Made by a program: the position numbers and the translations under genes
Assembly (NCBI GenBank): GCA_035193785.1
Contig: CP136572.1
Coordinates: 1,652,578 to 1,716,577 of the forward strand
Direction of reading: 5' to 3'
Length of the DNA stretch: 64,000 nt
Source of the DNA: Planktothrix sp. GU0601_MAG3
Lineage (GTDB): Bacteria; Cyanobacteriota; Cyanobacteriia; Cyanobacteriales; Microcoleaceae
The notes under the pieces: model-generated
Databases searched by the model: none
What the model was told of the DNA's origin: nothing
Seen by the model: only the letters and a program-made list of their open reading frames with translations
In this document: positions 1 to 11,797 of the stretch, in pieces
How positions within the stretch are numbered: the stretch's first letter is position 1
Layout: each line of letters starts with the position of its first letter

Positions 1-2
1 CG

Positions 3-2213
3 GCGGCTCTTGATTTAGCGACGGTAACAAAAGCCTCTCAAGCTCTATCCCAAGAAATTGATTTAGAGCAGCTTTTGAGGCGATTAATTCAGGTCGTAAT
101 TCAAAATGCTGGGGCGGAAAAATGTTGTATTATTTTGTCTAAATCGGGAAACTTGGTAATTGAGGCGATCGCCCGTTTAAATCCTTTAAATGGAGAATCG
201 ATTGAAATTCATTCTCTCTTACAATCTCTACCCATAGAGGAGAGTGAAAACCTCCCTCTTTTAATTCTTAATACGGTGATTCAGACCCAAGAATTTGTGA
301 TTTTAGCCGATGCTCGTCAAGAACCGAGATATCGTCATGATCCCTATTTAGAACACTATCAATCCAAATCTATTTTAATGACTCCGATTCAAAATCGAGG
401 GAAATTAATTGGCATTCTGTATCTTGAAAATAACTTAACAACCGCAGTGTTTACCCCAGAAAGATTAGAAGTTTTGAAAATCCTATTTTCTCAGGCTGCA
501 ATTTCCATTGATAATGCTAAACTGTATTCTCAAGTTAAAAATAATGAACGACAGATGACACAATTTTTAGAAGGAATTCCCGTGGGTGTTGCTGTTTTAG
601 ATTCCACAGGTAAGCCCTATTATACCAATCAAAAAGCCCAAGAATTGCTCAAAACTAAAGTGATTCCCGGAGTAGCCTGTGATGCCCTATCTAATATTTA
701 TCAAGCCTATCTAAACGGATCTGATAATCAGCTATCCTATGCCCCATTCGGTGATTATAATTTATCTAACTCCACACGAGATACCACCTTTATTTTAGAA
801 GTAAATCAAGGGGATGAAACCATTTTAATTGAAAATTGGGTGACACCAACCTATGACGAACAGGGGGATTTAGCCTATGCAATTCTTGCCTTTCAAGATA
901 TTACCAAACGTCAGCAAACTGAACAAGCTTTAAGACAGGCGGAAGAAAAATATCGCAGTATTTTTGAAAATGCCAGTGAAGGCTTATTTCAAACCACAAC
1001 CACCGGACGTTATATTAGTGCAAACCCTGCCCTAGCCAAAATTTTAGGTTATGATTCTCCCTGGGATTTAATGTCTATGATCACCAATGTTCAAGAGGAA
1101 CTTTATGTTGATTCGGAACGGCGAAAGGACTTTCAACAATTAATTGATCAGCAGGGAGAAGTTTCGGGATTTGAATTTAAAGCCTATCGTAAAGATGGCA
1201 GTATTATTTGGATTTCTGAAAATGCCAGGGCTGTATTTAATGAGCAGAATCAATTACTATATTATGAAGGTTTTGTGGTTGATATTACCGAGCGAAAAAA
1301 AGCCGAAGAAGATCGAATTCAATTTACGCAAAAACTCTCAGAATTGAATCTTCATTTAGATGAAGCCCTAGATTCTGAATTTGAATTAACCGACGCCGCG
1401 GCGCGATTTGTTCCCCATGAATTTCTTTCATTTTTAGGCTATGAAAGTATTGTAGAAGTGCAGTTGGGGGCGGCTGTTCAAAAGGAAATGTCAATTTTAT
1501 TTGCTGATATTCGGGATTTTACTAGCCTGTCTGAAGATATGACACCCGAAGATAATTTTAAATTTATTAATGCTTTTTTAAGTCGCATGGAACCTGCAAT
1601 TGTTGATAATTATGGGTTTATTGATAAATATATTGGAGACGAAATTATGGCCTTATTTGGAGGATCTGCCGATGATTCTGTGCGGGCGGGAGTGGAAATG
1701 ATTAGCCGACTCAATGAATATAATGAAACCCGCCAACGCCCCGAACGTCCCCCAATTAAAATCGGGATTGGGATTAATACCGGGGGATTAATGTTGGGAA
1801 TTGTCGGGGGGAAAAATCGCCTGGATAGTACGGTGATTAGTGATTCGGTGAATGTGGCTTCTCGGATTGAAAATTTAACTAAAAATTATGGGGTTTCTTT
1901 ATTAATTACCCACTGGACTTTTATGGCTTTAGAAGACGCGAATCAATATGCAATTAGAATTATTGATCGGGTAAAAGTGAAAGGAAAATCCAATGCTGTT
2001 ACTGTCTATGAGGTATTTGATGCGGATTTACCTGGGATTAAAGCGGGAAAATTAATTACAAAAACCACCTTTGAGTATGGATTAATGCAGTATTATTTAG
2101 AACGTTACTCAGAGGCGGCGAAATTATTCCAAGAATGTCTGGATCGCAATCCCCAGGATCAGGTGGCTCAAATTTATTTAGAACGGTGTTTATCGAAAAT
2201 GGGTAATGGGTAA
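3..2213 (+). CDS. GAF-PAS-PAS class III adenylate/guanylate cyclase, 5'-truncated by the window edge (probably the C-terminal part of a larger kinase/AAA-GAF fusion)
   Basis: Frame is open from base 3 (AALDLATVTKASQALSQEI...); GAF motif LYLENN; PAS/PAC motifs; cyclase motifs FADIRDFT, DKYIGDEIM, SDSVNVASRIE. Confidence 0.9.
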   Translation, partial: AALDLATVTKASQALSQEIDLEQLLRRLIQVVIQNAGAEKCCIILSKSGNLVIEAIARLNPLNGESIEIHSLLQSLPIEESENLPLLILNTVIQTQEFVILADARQEPRYRHDPYLEHYQSKSILMTPIQNRGKLIGILYLENNLTTAVFTPERLEVLKILFSQAAISIDNAKLYSQVKNNERQMTQFLEGIPVGVAVLDSTGKPYYTNQKAQELLKTKVIPGVACDALSNIYQAYLNGSDNQLSYAPFGDYNLSNSTRDTTFILEVNQGDETILIENWVTPTYDEQGDLAYAILAFQDITKRQQTEQALRQAEEKYRSIFENASEGLFQTTTTGRYISANPALAKILGYDSPWDLMSMITNVQEELYVDSERRKDFQQLIDQQGEVSGFEFKAYRKDGSIIWISENARAVFNEQNQLLYYEGFVVDITERKKAEEDRIQFTQKLSELNLHLDEALDSEFELTDAAARFVPHEFLSFLGYESIVEVQLGAAVQKEMSILFADIRDFTSLSEDMTPEDNFKFINAFLSRMEPAIVDNYGFIDKYIGDEIMALFGGSADDSVRAGVEMISRLNEYNETRQRPERPPIKIGIGINTGGLMLGIVGGKNRLDSTVISDSVNVASRIENLTKNYGVSLLITHWTFMALEDANQYAIRIIDRVKVKGKSNAVTVYEVFDADLPGIKAGKLITKTTFEYGLMQYYLERYSEAAKLFQECLDRNPQDQVAQIYLERCLSKMGNG

Positions 2214-2305
2214 TGGGGAATTACGAATTACGAATTACGAATTACGAATGGGTAATGGGTAATGGGTAATGGGTAATGGGTAATGGGTAATGGGTAATGG
2301 GTAAT
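2199..2305. repeat. Heptamer tandem repeats (GGGTAAT)n and (AATTACG)n, STRR type
   Basis: Directly visible tandem 7-mers. Confidence 0.95.
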
Positions 2306-2391
2306 AGTGATCTATTTTTCGATTTTTATAATAAGATTAATAATCATTCTAGTTGTCTATTTTGACGGGTCGATTAAAAATTCTATATCTT

Positions 2392-2461
2392 GCCCATTGC
2401 CCATTCCCTATTCCCTGTTCCCTGTTCCCTGTTCCCTGTTCCCTGTTCCCTGTTCCCTATT
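2392..2461. repeat. Heptamer tandem repeats (TTCCCTG / TTCCCTA / TTGCCCA)
   Basis: Directly visible; produces the spurious SLFPVPC N-terminus of the ORF-track call. Confidence 0.95.
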
Positions 2462-2956
2462 ATGAGCGATCTGTATATTTCTTGGACAGAATACCATCAA
2501 AAGATTGAAACCTTAGCCAAAAAAATCCATCACTCCCCATGGCAATTTAATCAAATTGTTTGTTTAGCACGGGGAGGGTTGCGTGTGGGGGATATTTTAT
2601 CTCGGATTTTTGAGCAACCCCTGGCAATTTTATCCACATCATCCTATCATGGAGCCGGGGGTAAGGTGCGAGGAGGAATTAAACTCGCTGAACACCTCAC
2701 AATGACAACAGATACATTAGGAAGTCATGTTTTATTAGTGGATGATTTGGTCGATTCTGGGGTTAGTTTACAAGAGTCTATGGGTTGGTTAAAATCCCGT
2801 TATCCCCAAATTCAAGAGATGAAAACCGCCGTTTTGTGGTACAAAAGTTGTTCGGCGATCGCCCCCGATTATTATATTGATTATCTGGCTGATAATCCCT
2901 GGATTCATCAACCCTTTGAATGTTATGAAAACTTGAATTTAGCTGAGTTAGAATAG
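2462..2956 (+). CDS. Purine phosphoribosyltransferase (type I PRTase)
   Basis: ARGG loop and PRPP-binding motif VLLVDDLVDSGVS; real start is the ATG at 2462 after the repeat. Confidence 0.88.
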   Translation: MSDLYISWTEYHQKIETLAKKIHHSPWQFNQIVCLARGGLRVGDILSRIFEQPLAILSTSSYHGAGGKVRGGIKLAEHLTMTTDTLGSHVLLVDDLVDSGVSLQESMGWLKSRYPQIQEMKTAVLWYKSCSAIAPDYYIDYLADNPWIHQPFECYENLNLAELE

Positions 2957-3009
2957 TCCGGTTAAAAAACATATTGATCCAATTCCCAAAAATCTACTAC
3001 CCATTACCA

Positions 3010-3088
3010 ATCACGGATTTAACAGGATTATGCAGATTAACATAGATTAAAATCCGTGAAATCCGTGAAATCCTCTTAAATCCGTGAT
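3010..3088. repeat. Palindromic dispersed repeat built of CACGGATTT / AAATCCGTG 9-mers
   Basis: ATCACGGATTTAA ... TTAAATCCGTGAT inverted ends; related copies at 7961, 27038 and 38689. Confidence 0.85.
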
Positions 3089-3246
3089 CCCTATTCCCCC
3101 ATAGATTGCAAAATCTTAATTTTACCCCAGGAAAGTATTTGATTTTTTTACCAATTGGGGCGTGCAATTCCGAAATATTGTGTTATCTTAAAAAGCGTAA
3201 ACACTGAACGAGTGAAACCGTTTAGGGAGAAAAGGAGGTGATGCCC

Positions 3247-3318
3247 ATGATTGAAGGTAGTAAACCCATGGGTCACTTGATTGGAAAAGGCCGGCTGTGC
3301 GCCGGGGCTGTCCTCTAG
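3247..3318 (+). CDS. Candidate small ORF (MIEGSKPMGHLIGKGRLCAGAVL, 23 aa; alternative ATG at 3241)
   Basis: Strong Shine-Dalgarno AAGGAGGTGAT at 3232-3242; extended -10-like TGtTATCTT at 3181-3189. Confidence 0.5.
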   Translation: MIEGSKPMGHLIGKGRLCAGAVL

Positions 3319-3420
3319 TACCAAGTCTTTGTTCTGTTAGGACACTTGTTGACCTAGATAACCGGACTTGTTAGAGTGATCTTCCGGCAGTCAGGTTCCA
3401 ATTCAAGAGACCCGCGCTTA

Positions 3421-3489
3421 CCGCTCTCACCCGATCTGGAATGGCAACAGCTAAAACCAGGACTGGGGGAGGGCGGATAGTTTTTTTTT
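3421..3489 (+). terminator. GC-rich hairpin plus T-run ending the 3.2-3.5 kb transcript
   Basis: CCGCTCTC...GAGGGCGG stem followed by 9 T. Confidence 0.6.
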
Positions 3490-3633
3490 ATAGTTATACC
3501 ACTAAGCATTCCCGTTAGGACACTCCTAAATCCTGAAACCCTTTCACAACTTACTGTTCCGGTGTTCCCAGATCCGGTGTTCCCTGTTCCCTAGCGCGTA
3601 GTGCTATAATTTATTTTTATCCCCAATAATCCC

Positions 3634-3915
3634 ATGGTTGCATTACTTAATTCTAGTCAAATTCAAGAACTTTCTAGTCAAGTTCCCGACTGGAAAGTTG
3701 AAGGAAAGCATTTAAAAATAGTCAAAACCTTTAAAGATTTTATTCAAGCGATTGAATTTGTGAACAAACTCGTTAAACCATCGGAAACGGCTGGACATCA
3801 CCCAGATTTAGAAATTTCCTATAATAAGGTGACCATCAGCTTAACCAGTCATGATGCAGGGGGCTTAACCGCAAAAGATTTTGCCCTAGCACAACAAATC
3901 TCAGCACTGCTTTAA
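3634..3915 (+). CDS. phhB: Pterin-4-alpha-carbinolamine dehydratase
   Basis: GHHPDL and SHDAGGLTAKDF motifs, 93 aa. Confidence 0.9.
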   Translation: MVALLNSSQIQELSSQVPDWKVEGKHLKIVKTFKDFIQAIEFVNKLVKPSETAGHHPDLEISYNKVTISLTSHDAGGLTAKDFALAQQISALL

Positions 3916-4015
3916 TCCCGAATCTAAAATATTGCCGCTAGTTTATGATAAAATACTGCGTAATCCTTTGCTAATTCCCCATTAGAATTCGCAGCTTTAG
4001 CTGTGTGGAAAAGAG

Positions 4016-5654
4016 ATGATTTTTAATAACCCCAAGTTCTTGCCTGAATTTGATGAACAAGCGGAACTGATTGAGAAACTTCTCGATATTGGTACGGCTT
4101 TATCTGGGACTGAAGATTTAAGCTCCCTGCTAAATTTAATTTTAACCAAAAGTCGTGAAATTACCTCCAGTGACGCGGGAAGTGTGTATCTTCTGGATCA
4201 CAGCGATAACAACTCAAAATTGCTGTTTAAAATTGCCCAAAATGCGTCTTTACCCAATTTATCGTTTAAAGAATTTGCTATCCCCTTAACCCCTCGCAGT
4301 TTAGCAGGATATGTGGCTTTAAATTCGGTTTCTTTAAATATTCCCGATGCCTATGATTTACCCATACATGAACCCTATCAACTGGATCGGAGTTTTGATG
4401 AAAATATTAGTTATCGTACCCGTTCGGTTTTAGTAGTTCCGATGCAAAATCGCAAGGGGGAAGTGATTGGGGTCTTACAATTAATTAATCGTAAGGTTGA
4501 ACCCAATATAAAAATTACGCCAGAAAATGCGGTAGAAGTTACACAATCCTATTCTAAATGGGAGGAGCGGATTTTGCGATCGCTGGCTTCCCAAGCGGCT
4601 ATTTCCATTGAAAGAAATTATTTACAAGAAAGTATTGAAAATTTGTTTGAGGGGTTTGTTAAGGCATCGGTAGAAGTGATTGAAGCTCGAGATCCCTGCA
4701 CCTGTGGTCATTCAGAAAGAGTCGCAGAATTAGCTGTGCGTTTAAGTGAAGAAGTGAATCAAACTAACTTTGGTTCCCTCTCTAAAATTACTTTTAGTGA
4801 GCGTCAACTACAAGAATTACGCTATGCAGCCCTATTACATGATTTTGGAAAAGTTGGGGTTCCCGAAGCCATTTTAACTAAACCTAAAAAACTCTATCCT
4901 CCTCAATTAGAAGTCATCCGTCATCGATTTGCCTTAGCTCAACGCACCTTAGAATCAGAATTGATTCAAAAAAAATATGAACATTTGTTGCAACATTCTA
5001 CCCAAAAGCTACCACAGGAAGAAGAATGTATATTCTGTCAGTCTATACAAGAATCGGATCAAAAATTATCGCAATCTCTCACTAAATTAAGCAAATATTG
5101 GACGATTTTATTAGAGGCTAACGAACCTAAAGTCTTGGCAGAAATTCCCCTAAATCAACTGAAAGAAGTCGCCCAAATAACCTATCGTGACTTAGATGGA
5201 GAAATGAAACCTTTATTAACTCCAGAAGAAATCGATCAACTATTGATCCATCAAGGGACTTTAACTCCAGAAGAACGAGAAAGTATTGAATCCCATGTTA
5301 GTTATACCTACGCATTTTTAAAACAAATTCCTTGGACAAATGATTTAAAAAATGTGCCCATGATTGCCTATCGACACCATGAAAAGCTGAATGGAAACTG
5401 GGTATCCCTTGGGGTTAACAAGCCCCGATATTCCGATTCAAGCTCAAATTATTACAATCGCCGATATTTATGATGCTTTAACGGCTGGCGATCGCCCTTA
5501 CAAAAGCGGATTACCCACCGTTACGGCTTTAAAAATTCTACAACAAGAAGCCTCTAAAAATACCATTAATGCCGATTGTTTAGAACTATTTAAACAACGG
5601 AGAGTCTATGAAGTATTGGGACATAGTATTGATGTAGTCATGGAATTAGCCTAG
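4016..5654 (+). CDS. GAF + HD-GYP cyclic-dinucleotide phosphodiesterase (frameshift near 5395)
   Basis: GAF with NRK motif; GHSERV, LLHDFGK, HHEKLNG; GYP and ADIYDALT continue in the second frame. Confidence 0.88.
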
Positions 5655-5658
5655 AATT

Positions 5659-6727
5659 TTATCGTTGAATACTGCGGGGATCAAGAGCATCCCTTAACCC
5701 ATCTCCTAATAAATTAAAAGCTAAAACTGTAAAAATAATTAGAATAGCAGGTGGCCAAATTAACCAAGGTTGCAAGACCAAAATTGAGGCATTGGTAGCA
5801 GAAGAAAGTAAATTTCCCCAGGAGGGATCGGGGGGTTGAATCCCCAATCCAATGAAACTTAAAACCGATTCTGAAATAATAAAACTAGGAATCGATAAGG
5901 TAGCTGAAATAATCAAATAAGTGGCCGTTTGGGGTAAAATATGGCGAGTGATAATATACAACGGACTTGCCCCAATAGCCCTGGATGCTTGTACAAATTG
6001 TTGTTCCTTAATTGATAAAACCTGCCCTCGAATCACCCGCGCCAAACCTGACCAACTAATAAAAGAAATAATCACCACAATTAACAAAAAACGCTGGGTA
6101 CTGCTAATTTGGGCTGATAAAACGGCTGCTAATGCCACCAATAAATATAAGCCTGGAATTGTCATTAAAACTTCAACAATTCGCATAATTAAGCTATCTA
6201 ACCATCCGCCAAAATAGCCAGAAATTCCCCCAATAATCATTCCCAATGGGAAAGAAATCATAATTCCTACTAATCCAATACTCAGACTAACTCGTCCCCC
6301 ATGAAACCAGGCGACTAAATTGATCTCTAGCCTGTTCATCTGTGCCCAGTAAGTTAATTTTTCCCGGCCCAACCGTCCCGAATAAATGACGATCAAAAGG
6401 AATTATTCCTAGAATTTTATAGGGTTCTCCCGGCACAAAAAATCCCACGGGACTTGGCTGATTTCGATCAACATTAATGGCTCGTTTTCCGGTTTCAATA
6501 TCAACGGGGCCTTGGGTCGTAGGATAAACATGGGGGCCGATCCATTGACCTTTTTGATCATACCAATAAATTTGGGTCGGGGGTAATAAAGAAGCGTTGA
6601 GTTGAGATTGATAGGGGCTATAGGGGGCAACAAAATTCGCCGCAATTACCACCAAATAAAATAACAATAAAATTCCGGCTCCAAATTGAGCTAAAGGATT
6701 TTTTTTCAGTCTTTGCCACCATTTCAT
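5659..6727 (-). CDS. Peptide/nickel ABC transporter permease (OppC/DppC type; frameshift near 6300)
   Basis: LLGTDEQARDQFSRL, RHILP, SFIGLGIQPPDPSWG, NLLGDGLRDALDP. Confidence 0.9.
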
Positions 6728-6817
6728 AGTTCAGCTTTTTTCACTCTCAGAATACTAAAATTGATCTCTATTTTTGAAAACATTTTCTCCCATTACCCAT
6801 TACCCATTACCCATTAC

Positions 6818-7897
6818 CTATTCCTGTGGATTTAAGGGATTATAAAAAAATGAACCCGTTTGAGGGGGTAAAGTTGGATCAAACACAACTTCAATAATAC
6901 TTTTAATTACCCCCGCCATGGGAATTGCCAGAATAAATCCCAATAATCCCCCAATTTTTCCTCCTAATAATAAAGCCGTGAAAATGACCACGGGGCTTAA
7001 TCCGGTTAAATCTCCCATAATTCTAGGGGCAACAATATTGTCCTTTACCTGTTGAATGGTAACGGCAACTGCTAACACCTGTAAAGCCATCCACCAGTCA
7101 ATAAAAGCGACAATGACAGTAACACTTCCAATGCCTAATGTTGCCCCCACAAAAGGAACAATTTCTAGTAATCCAATTACAACTGCAAATAATAGGAAAT
7201 AGGGAACCTTAAGCAGAAAAAAGGCAACGGTTAAAATGGATGCCATAAACACCCCTTGTAAGGTTTGTCCCAGGACAAATTTTTTCAAGTTTCGTTTTAA
7301 GGAAATCGTGATCACTTCCCGAATTTGTGGGGATAGAATCGTGATTGAAATTTTCCACAACCGCTCCCCATCTAATAACATATAAAAGGCAATTACCAAG
7401 ATAAAAATTAAGTCGAAAAACCAATTAAAGGTTCCTAAAACTATCCCCAAACTTCCGGTAAAAATAGGTTCAATAGTTCCTTGAATTTTAGATAACAGTT
7501 GTTGTTGTAAAATCCCCACATCAAAGGGTAAATTGCGGTCAACACTCCAGACTTGAAATTCAGCTAACTGTTGTCGTCCTGATTCAATTAATTCGGGTAG
7601 GCGTGTGATCAATTGTCGTCCCTGATTAAAGACTGGGGGGACAATGGTTAACCCAATAATTACAAAGGTTAAAATTGCCACTAAATAGACTAAAGCCGCC
7701 GCCAGTCCCCTAGGAATAAAGCGCTCTAATTTTGCCACTGCATAGTTAAGTAAAAAGGCAATTAATCCAGAGGTAACTAATAAACTAATTAATTCCCCAA
7801 CATAGCCTAATAATTGAAAGCTCAACCAACCCACTACTAAAATAAGTAAACAAGTGAGTAGCCGATTTTGTAAGGGTGAAAATACAGAATTGCTCAT
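6818..7897 (-). CDS. AI-2E family (PerM-like) transporter
   Basis: Multi-TM protein with IVPFVG, PRIMG and GGKIGGLLGFILAIP motifs. Confidence 0.88.
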   Translation of the reverse strand: MSNSVFSPLQNRLLTCLLILVVGWLSFQLLGYVGELISLLVTSGLIAFLLNYAVAKLERFIPRGLAAALVYLVAILTFVIIGLTIVPPVFNQGRQLITRLPELIESGRQQLAEFQVWSVDRNLPFDVGILQQQLLSKIQGTIEPIFTGSLGIVLGTFNWFFDLIFILVIAFYMLLDGERLWKISITILSPQIREVITISLKRNLKKFVLGQTLQGVFMASILTVAFFLLKVPYFLLFAVVIGLLEIVPFVGATLGIGSVTVIVAFIDWWMALQVLAVAVTIQQVKDNIVAPRIMGDLTGLSPVVIFTALLLGGKIGGLLGFILAIPMAGVIKSIIEVVFDPTLPPQTGSFFYNPLNPQE

Positions 7898-7960
7898 GGG
7901 AAAAATCGAAACCTGAAAACCTACAGTAGTTTACCCTATTTTGGCATAACAGGAAATAGG

Positions 7961-8029
7961 ATCACGGATTTAAGAGGATTTCACGGATTTCACGGATTTT
8001 AATCTGTGTAATCTGCTTAAATCCGTGAT
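7961..8029. repeat. Palindromic CACGGATTT-family repeat
   Basis: Near reverse-complement of the 3010-3088 element. Confidence 0.85.
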
Positions 8030-8165
8030 GGGTAATGGGTAATGGGGACAATAGCTTTTAATGATTACAACCGATTTATAATTGCCTCATTCTTGATACA
8101 ATTACTTTAATTATAAACTAAAACCAATAATTATTCACCCGTACACGAGGCAGAAAATTTAACCG

Positions 8166-9492
8166 ATGAATTTAATTAATAGTCTAACTCAAATTATGGC
8201 AAAATTAAGGTGTTATTTAATCCAAATTAGCCAATTTTGTCAATCCCAAGGCGTGATTTTTGCAATCACCATGGGGGTACTTAGTCGCAGTCTTATTTTA
8301 TTAGTTTTTTTTATAATAGCCCAATTGCAGCAAGTTTCCTCGGAAACAGAAACGGTAAAAATTGCCTGGGGTTGGCAGATATTTTCGGCTTGGGATAGTC
8401 CCTTATATCAGGGTATTGCTACCTCTGGATATGAAGTAATTAATCAGACAGAAACCCGGTGGTAATGTGGCGTTTTTTCCCCTATTTCCTTTATTAATTC
8501 GTGGGTTAATGAATTTAGGTTTATCCTTTGAAGTGGCGGGAACTTTAATTAATAATTTTGCTTTTTTTGCCGCTTTGATTTTACTCTATAAATGGGTGGA
8601 AATTACCAATAATTCTCAAGCTGCCCGTTGGGCAACGGCTGTTTTAGCTTGGTGTCCCCTCTCTATTTTTGGGAGTGTTATTTATACCGAAGGTTTGTTT
8701 TTATTTCTGAGTACCGCCGCCCTACGAGCATTTGATTTAAAAAAATATCCTCAAGTGATTTTTTGGGGCAGTTTAGCCACGGCAACCCGCATTACAGGAC
8801 TCGCTTTAATTCCGGCTTTTTTAATTACATCTTGGCAAAAACAAAAGCCTGGAATTGCCTATTTATCCGGTTTATTAAGTGGCTGTGGTTTATTATTTTA
8901 TAGTCTATATTGTGGGATAAAGTTTAATAATCCCATTGCTTTTATTACCGTCCAACATACCCAATGGCAACGCCAAACTGGATTTGATAGTCAGGGATGG
9001 TTAAAAATGATTATGCAAATTTTGATCGGTTCTCAGAATTGGAAACAAGGCACAATAGTTGACCCTTGGCATCCACTTTTAGTTATAATAATTGCTATAA
9101 TAGGTTATTGTATTTGGCGGTATCGGCATCAATTAGGAAAGGCAAAATTTGACTATAGTTTATTCTCATTAATCATAATTTTATGGTTGATTGCTGGTGA
9201 TCCTTTCCTAAATACAGCTATTATTTTGGGAGGCGGTTATTTACTCTGGTATTTACGCCATGAACTTAGTTTGGTAGCGGTTAATTATGGCTTTTTTGCC
9301 TTGGGTTTATTATTGGCATCCGGGGGTACAATTTCTCTAGGTCGTTTAACCTATGGTATTATTTCTATTAGTTTAGCGTTAGGAGTGATGTTATCCCATC
9401 ATCGCCGTTGGGGTTATCTAACCTTGGGATTTTTTTCCCTGTTACTGATTAGTTTTTCAGTTCGCTTTGCCCAACATCTTTGGGTGAGTTGA
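8166..9492 (+). CDS. Membrane mannosyltransferase (PIG-V / GT-C type; frameshift near 8460)
   Basis: WDS..Y..IA..GY, AFFPLFP, YTEGLFL and ATATRITG motifs. Confidence 0.82.
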
Positions 9493-9557
9493 GAGTTAAT
9501 CAAATACAAAAATTATGATACAATCAAGGTAAAAGTTACTGAAAAATAAAAATTATC

Positions 9558-10308
9558 ATGAAAATCAACAATCATAATAAAACTAATTTTTTTCTTCCCT
9601 TATTAGTAGCTATCACCGGATTAACCTTAACCCCCACCCTGGGTTTTATTCCTCCAACACTCGCACAACGAGCTTTAGATTTTGCCACCCAAGGCTGTCG
9701 CGGTGTGCCCCAGGAAGCCTATTTTATGACACAGAATTATCATATTAATATTTGTCGTGGACAGGGGGGTTTATTCATGGTGGTCAGCTTTAGAAATGAA
9801 CAACTTTTTGATCGATTTCCGGTTCAAGCCCAGGGAAATAGTTATGTAGGAACATCTCAAAAAGCCTCCTATCAAGTTAACCCGACTACCTTCATAATTC
9901 AACCCCATAATAATTCCAGACCGATGACAGAAACGGGTATTAAGAATGCAAGGAAATCCCGGAAATCAAGCGCCCCAAGAGTCAATAGTTACTGGAACAG
10001 TTACTTACCGTCAAAGAATTGCGTTACCGCCAAATGCCATAGTTATTGTTAGATTACAAGATATAAGTCGTTTTGATGGCGCACCTCGAACGATTACCCA
10101 ACAAACAAATCCTTTACGCGGTCAACAGGTTCCTGTTCCATTTTCTTTAATTTATAATCCCAATGATATTCAACCGAATGGGATTTATATTATTCGGGCT
10201 GAAATTTATATTGATGGGCGATTAACTTGGGTAAATATGAATCAAGATCGAGTGATTACTCAAGGTAATCCTAATACCATAGAAATTATTGTGCAACCAG
10301 TTAATTAG
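9558..10308 (+). CDS. Secreted protein with C-terminal YbaY-like domain (frameshift near 9940)
   Basis: Signal-peptide-like N-terminus; VTGTVTYRQRIALPPNA...QQVPVPF YbaY pattern. Confidence 0.75.
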
Positions 10309-10335
10309 AATAAAATGGGATAAAATTCAAATAGT

Positions 10336-11749
10336 ATGATGTTTTTTTCCGACAAAAAAAATAAATTTCATCCCGTATTAACGGGAGTTATTATCAGTAG
10401 CTTGATTTTATTCGCTTGTAGTAGTTTACGGCATTTTTTCTTTCAATCTAATGCCTATGATTTAGGAATTTTTGATAATGGAATTTACTTAATTAGTCAA
10501 GGAAAAGAACCCTTTGTTTACTTTCGAGGATTACATATTTTAGGGGATCATGCCGCCTATATTCTGTATATTGTTGCCCTATTTTATAAACTTTACCCCG
10601 ATATTCATTGGTTATTTGCTATTCAAGCGATTTCCCTTTCCCTCGGTGCATTACCTACTTATCAACTATCTTTACAAGCAGGATTAAAAGAAACCCAAGC
10701 TCAAACCCTAGGATTTGTCTATCTATTATATCCTTTGATTTTTAATGTTAATTTATTTGATTTTCACCCCGAAGTAATCGCCTTACCTGCAATTTTATAT
10801 GCTGTTTTAGTGGCTAGAAATAATAATATATTAGGCTTTATTATCTCAATTTTTATTATTTTAGGCTGTAAAGAAGTTTTATCTTTACTATTAATAGCAA
10901 TGGGGATATGGTTATGGCTATTTGAAAAAAAAAGTCGTTGTGCTGCGATCGCAATTTTTTCGGGACTAGGCTGGTTTTTCCTCTCTACAGAATGGATTAT
11001 CCCCCACTTTTCCCAAGCCCCACCCATCGCCGTTGGCGTCTATAGTTTCCTGGGAAATTCCTTATTTGAAATTAGCTTAAATATTCTATTAAAACCTGGA
11101 TTAGTATTAAGTAAAATTTTTACCTTAGCCAATTTAGAATATTTAGTTTTACTCTTAATTCCCTTAATTTGGGGACTCTCTTGGCGACATTTAAGCCCTT
11201 TAATGGGGGCGGCGCCGATTTTATTTTTAAATCTGTTAGCAGAAAATCCCCAAATGAAGAACTTAACCCAACAATATTCCCTAGGGATTTTGCCTTTTCT
11301 TCTATTAGCTATTATTTCCAATTTAGCAACGGGGGGAGGATGGCTGAAACAAAAAAAATGGATAATTTTATGGTCTTTAATTTGCTTTTTCGCCCTAGCA
11401 AAATATGGTTATTTTACCTCCAAATATCTCCAAACCCTGGATAATTGGCAGGCTACACGGGAAGCCCTAACCTATATTCAAACCCAAAATCCGGTTTTAA
11501 CCACGGATAAAATTACCCCCCACCTCACCCACCGTCCTATCCTCCAATTAGCGATCCAAGGACGAGAAACAGACCGATTTAAAACCCTTTCAATATGTTT
11601 TATTAAACCAACGTCACCCCGGATGGCCGAGTTCTCCCGAATTAGTGATCGGATTAGTCAACCGCCTAAAAAATCATCCTGATTTTCAATTAAAATATCA
11701 TCAGGATGATGTTTGGTTGTTTGAACAATCCTCTACTTTAGAACAATAG
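10336..11749 (+). CDS. DUF2079-type membrane protein (GT-C-like; frameshift near 11575)
   Basis: AYDLGIF, HILGDH, FDFHPEV and CKE motifs; C-terminus continues in another frame to TAG at 11749. Confidence 0.8.
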
Positions 11750-11769
11750 CAAAAAGCCAATAAATCCCC

Positions 11770-11797
11770 GTAGAGATGTGCCATGGCGCGTCTTTAC
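11770..11797. repeat. REP-like palindrome GTAGAGAYGYGCCATGGCRCGTCTYTAC
   Basis: Imperfect palindrome; related copies at 22181-22249 and 52549-52578. Confidence 0.8.
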
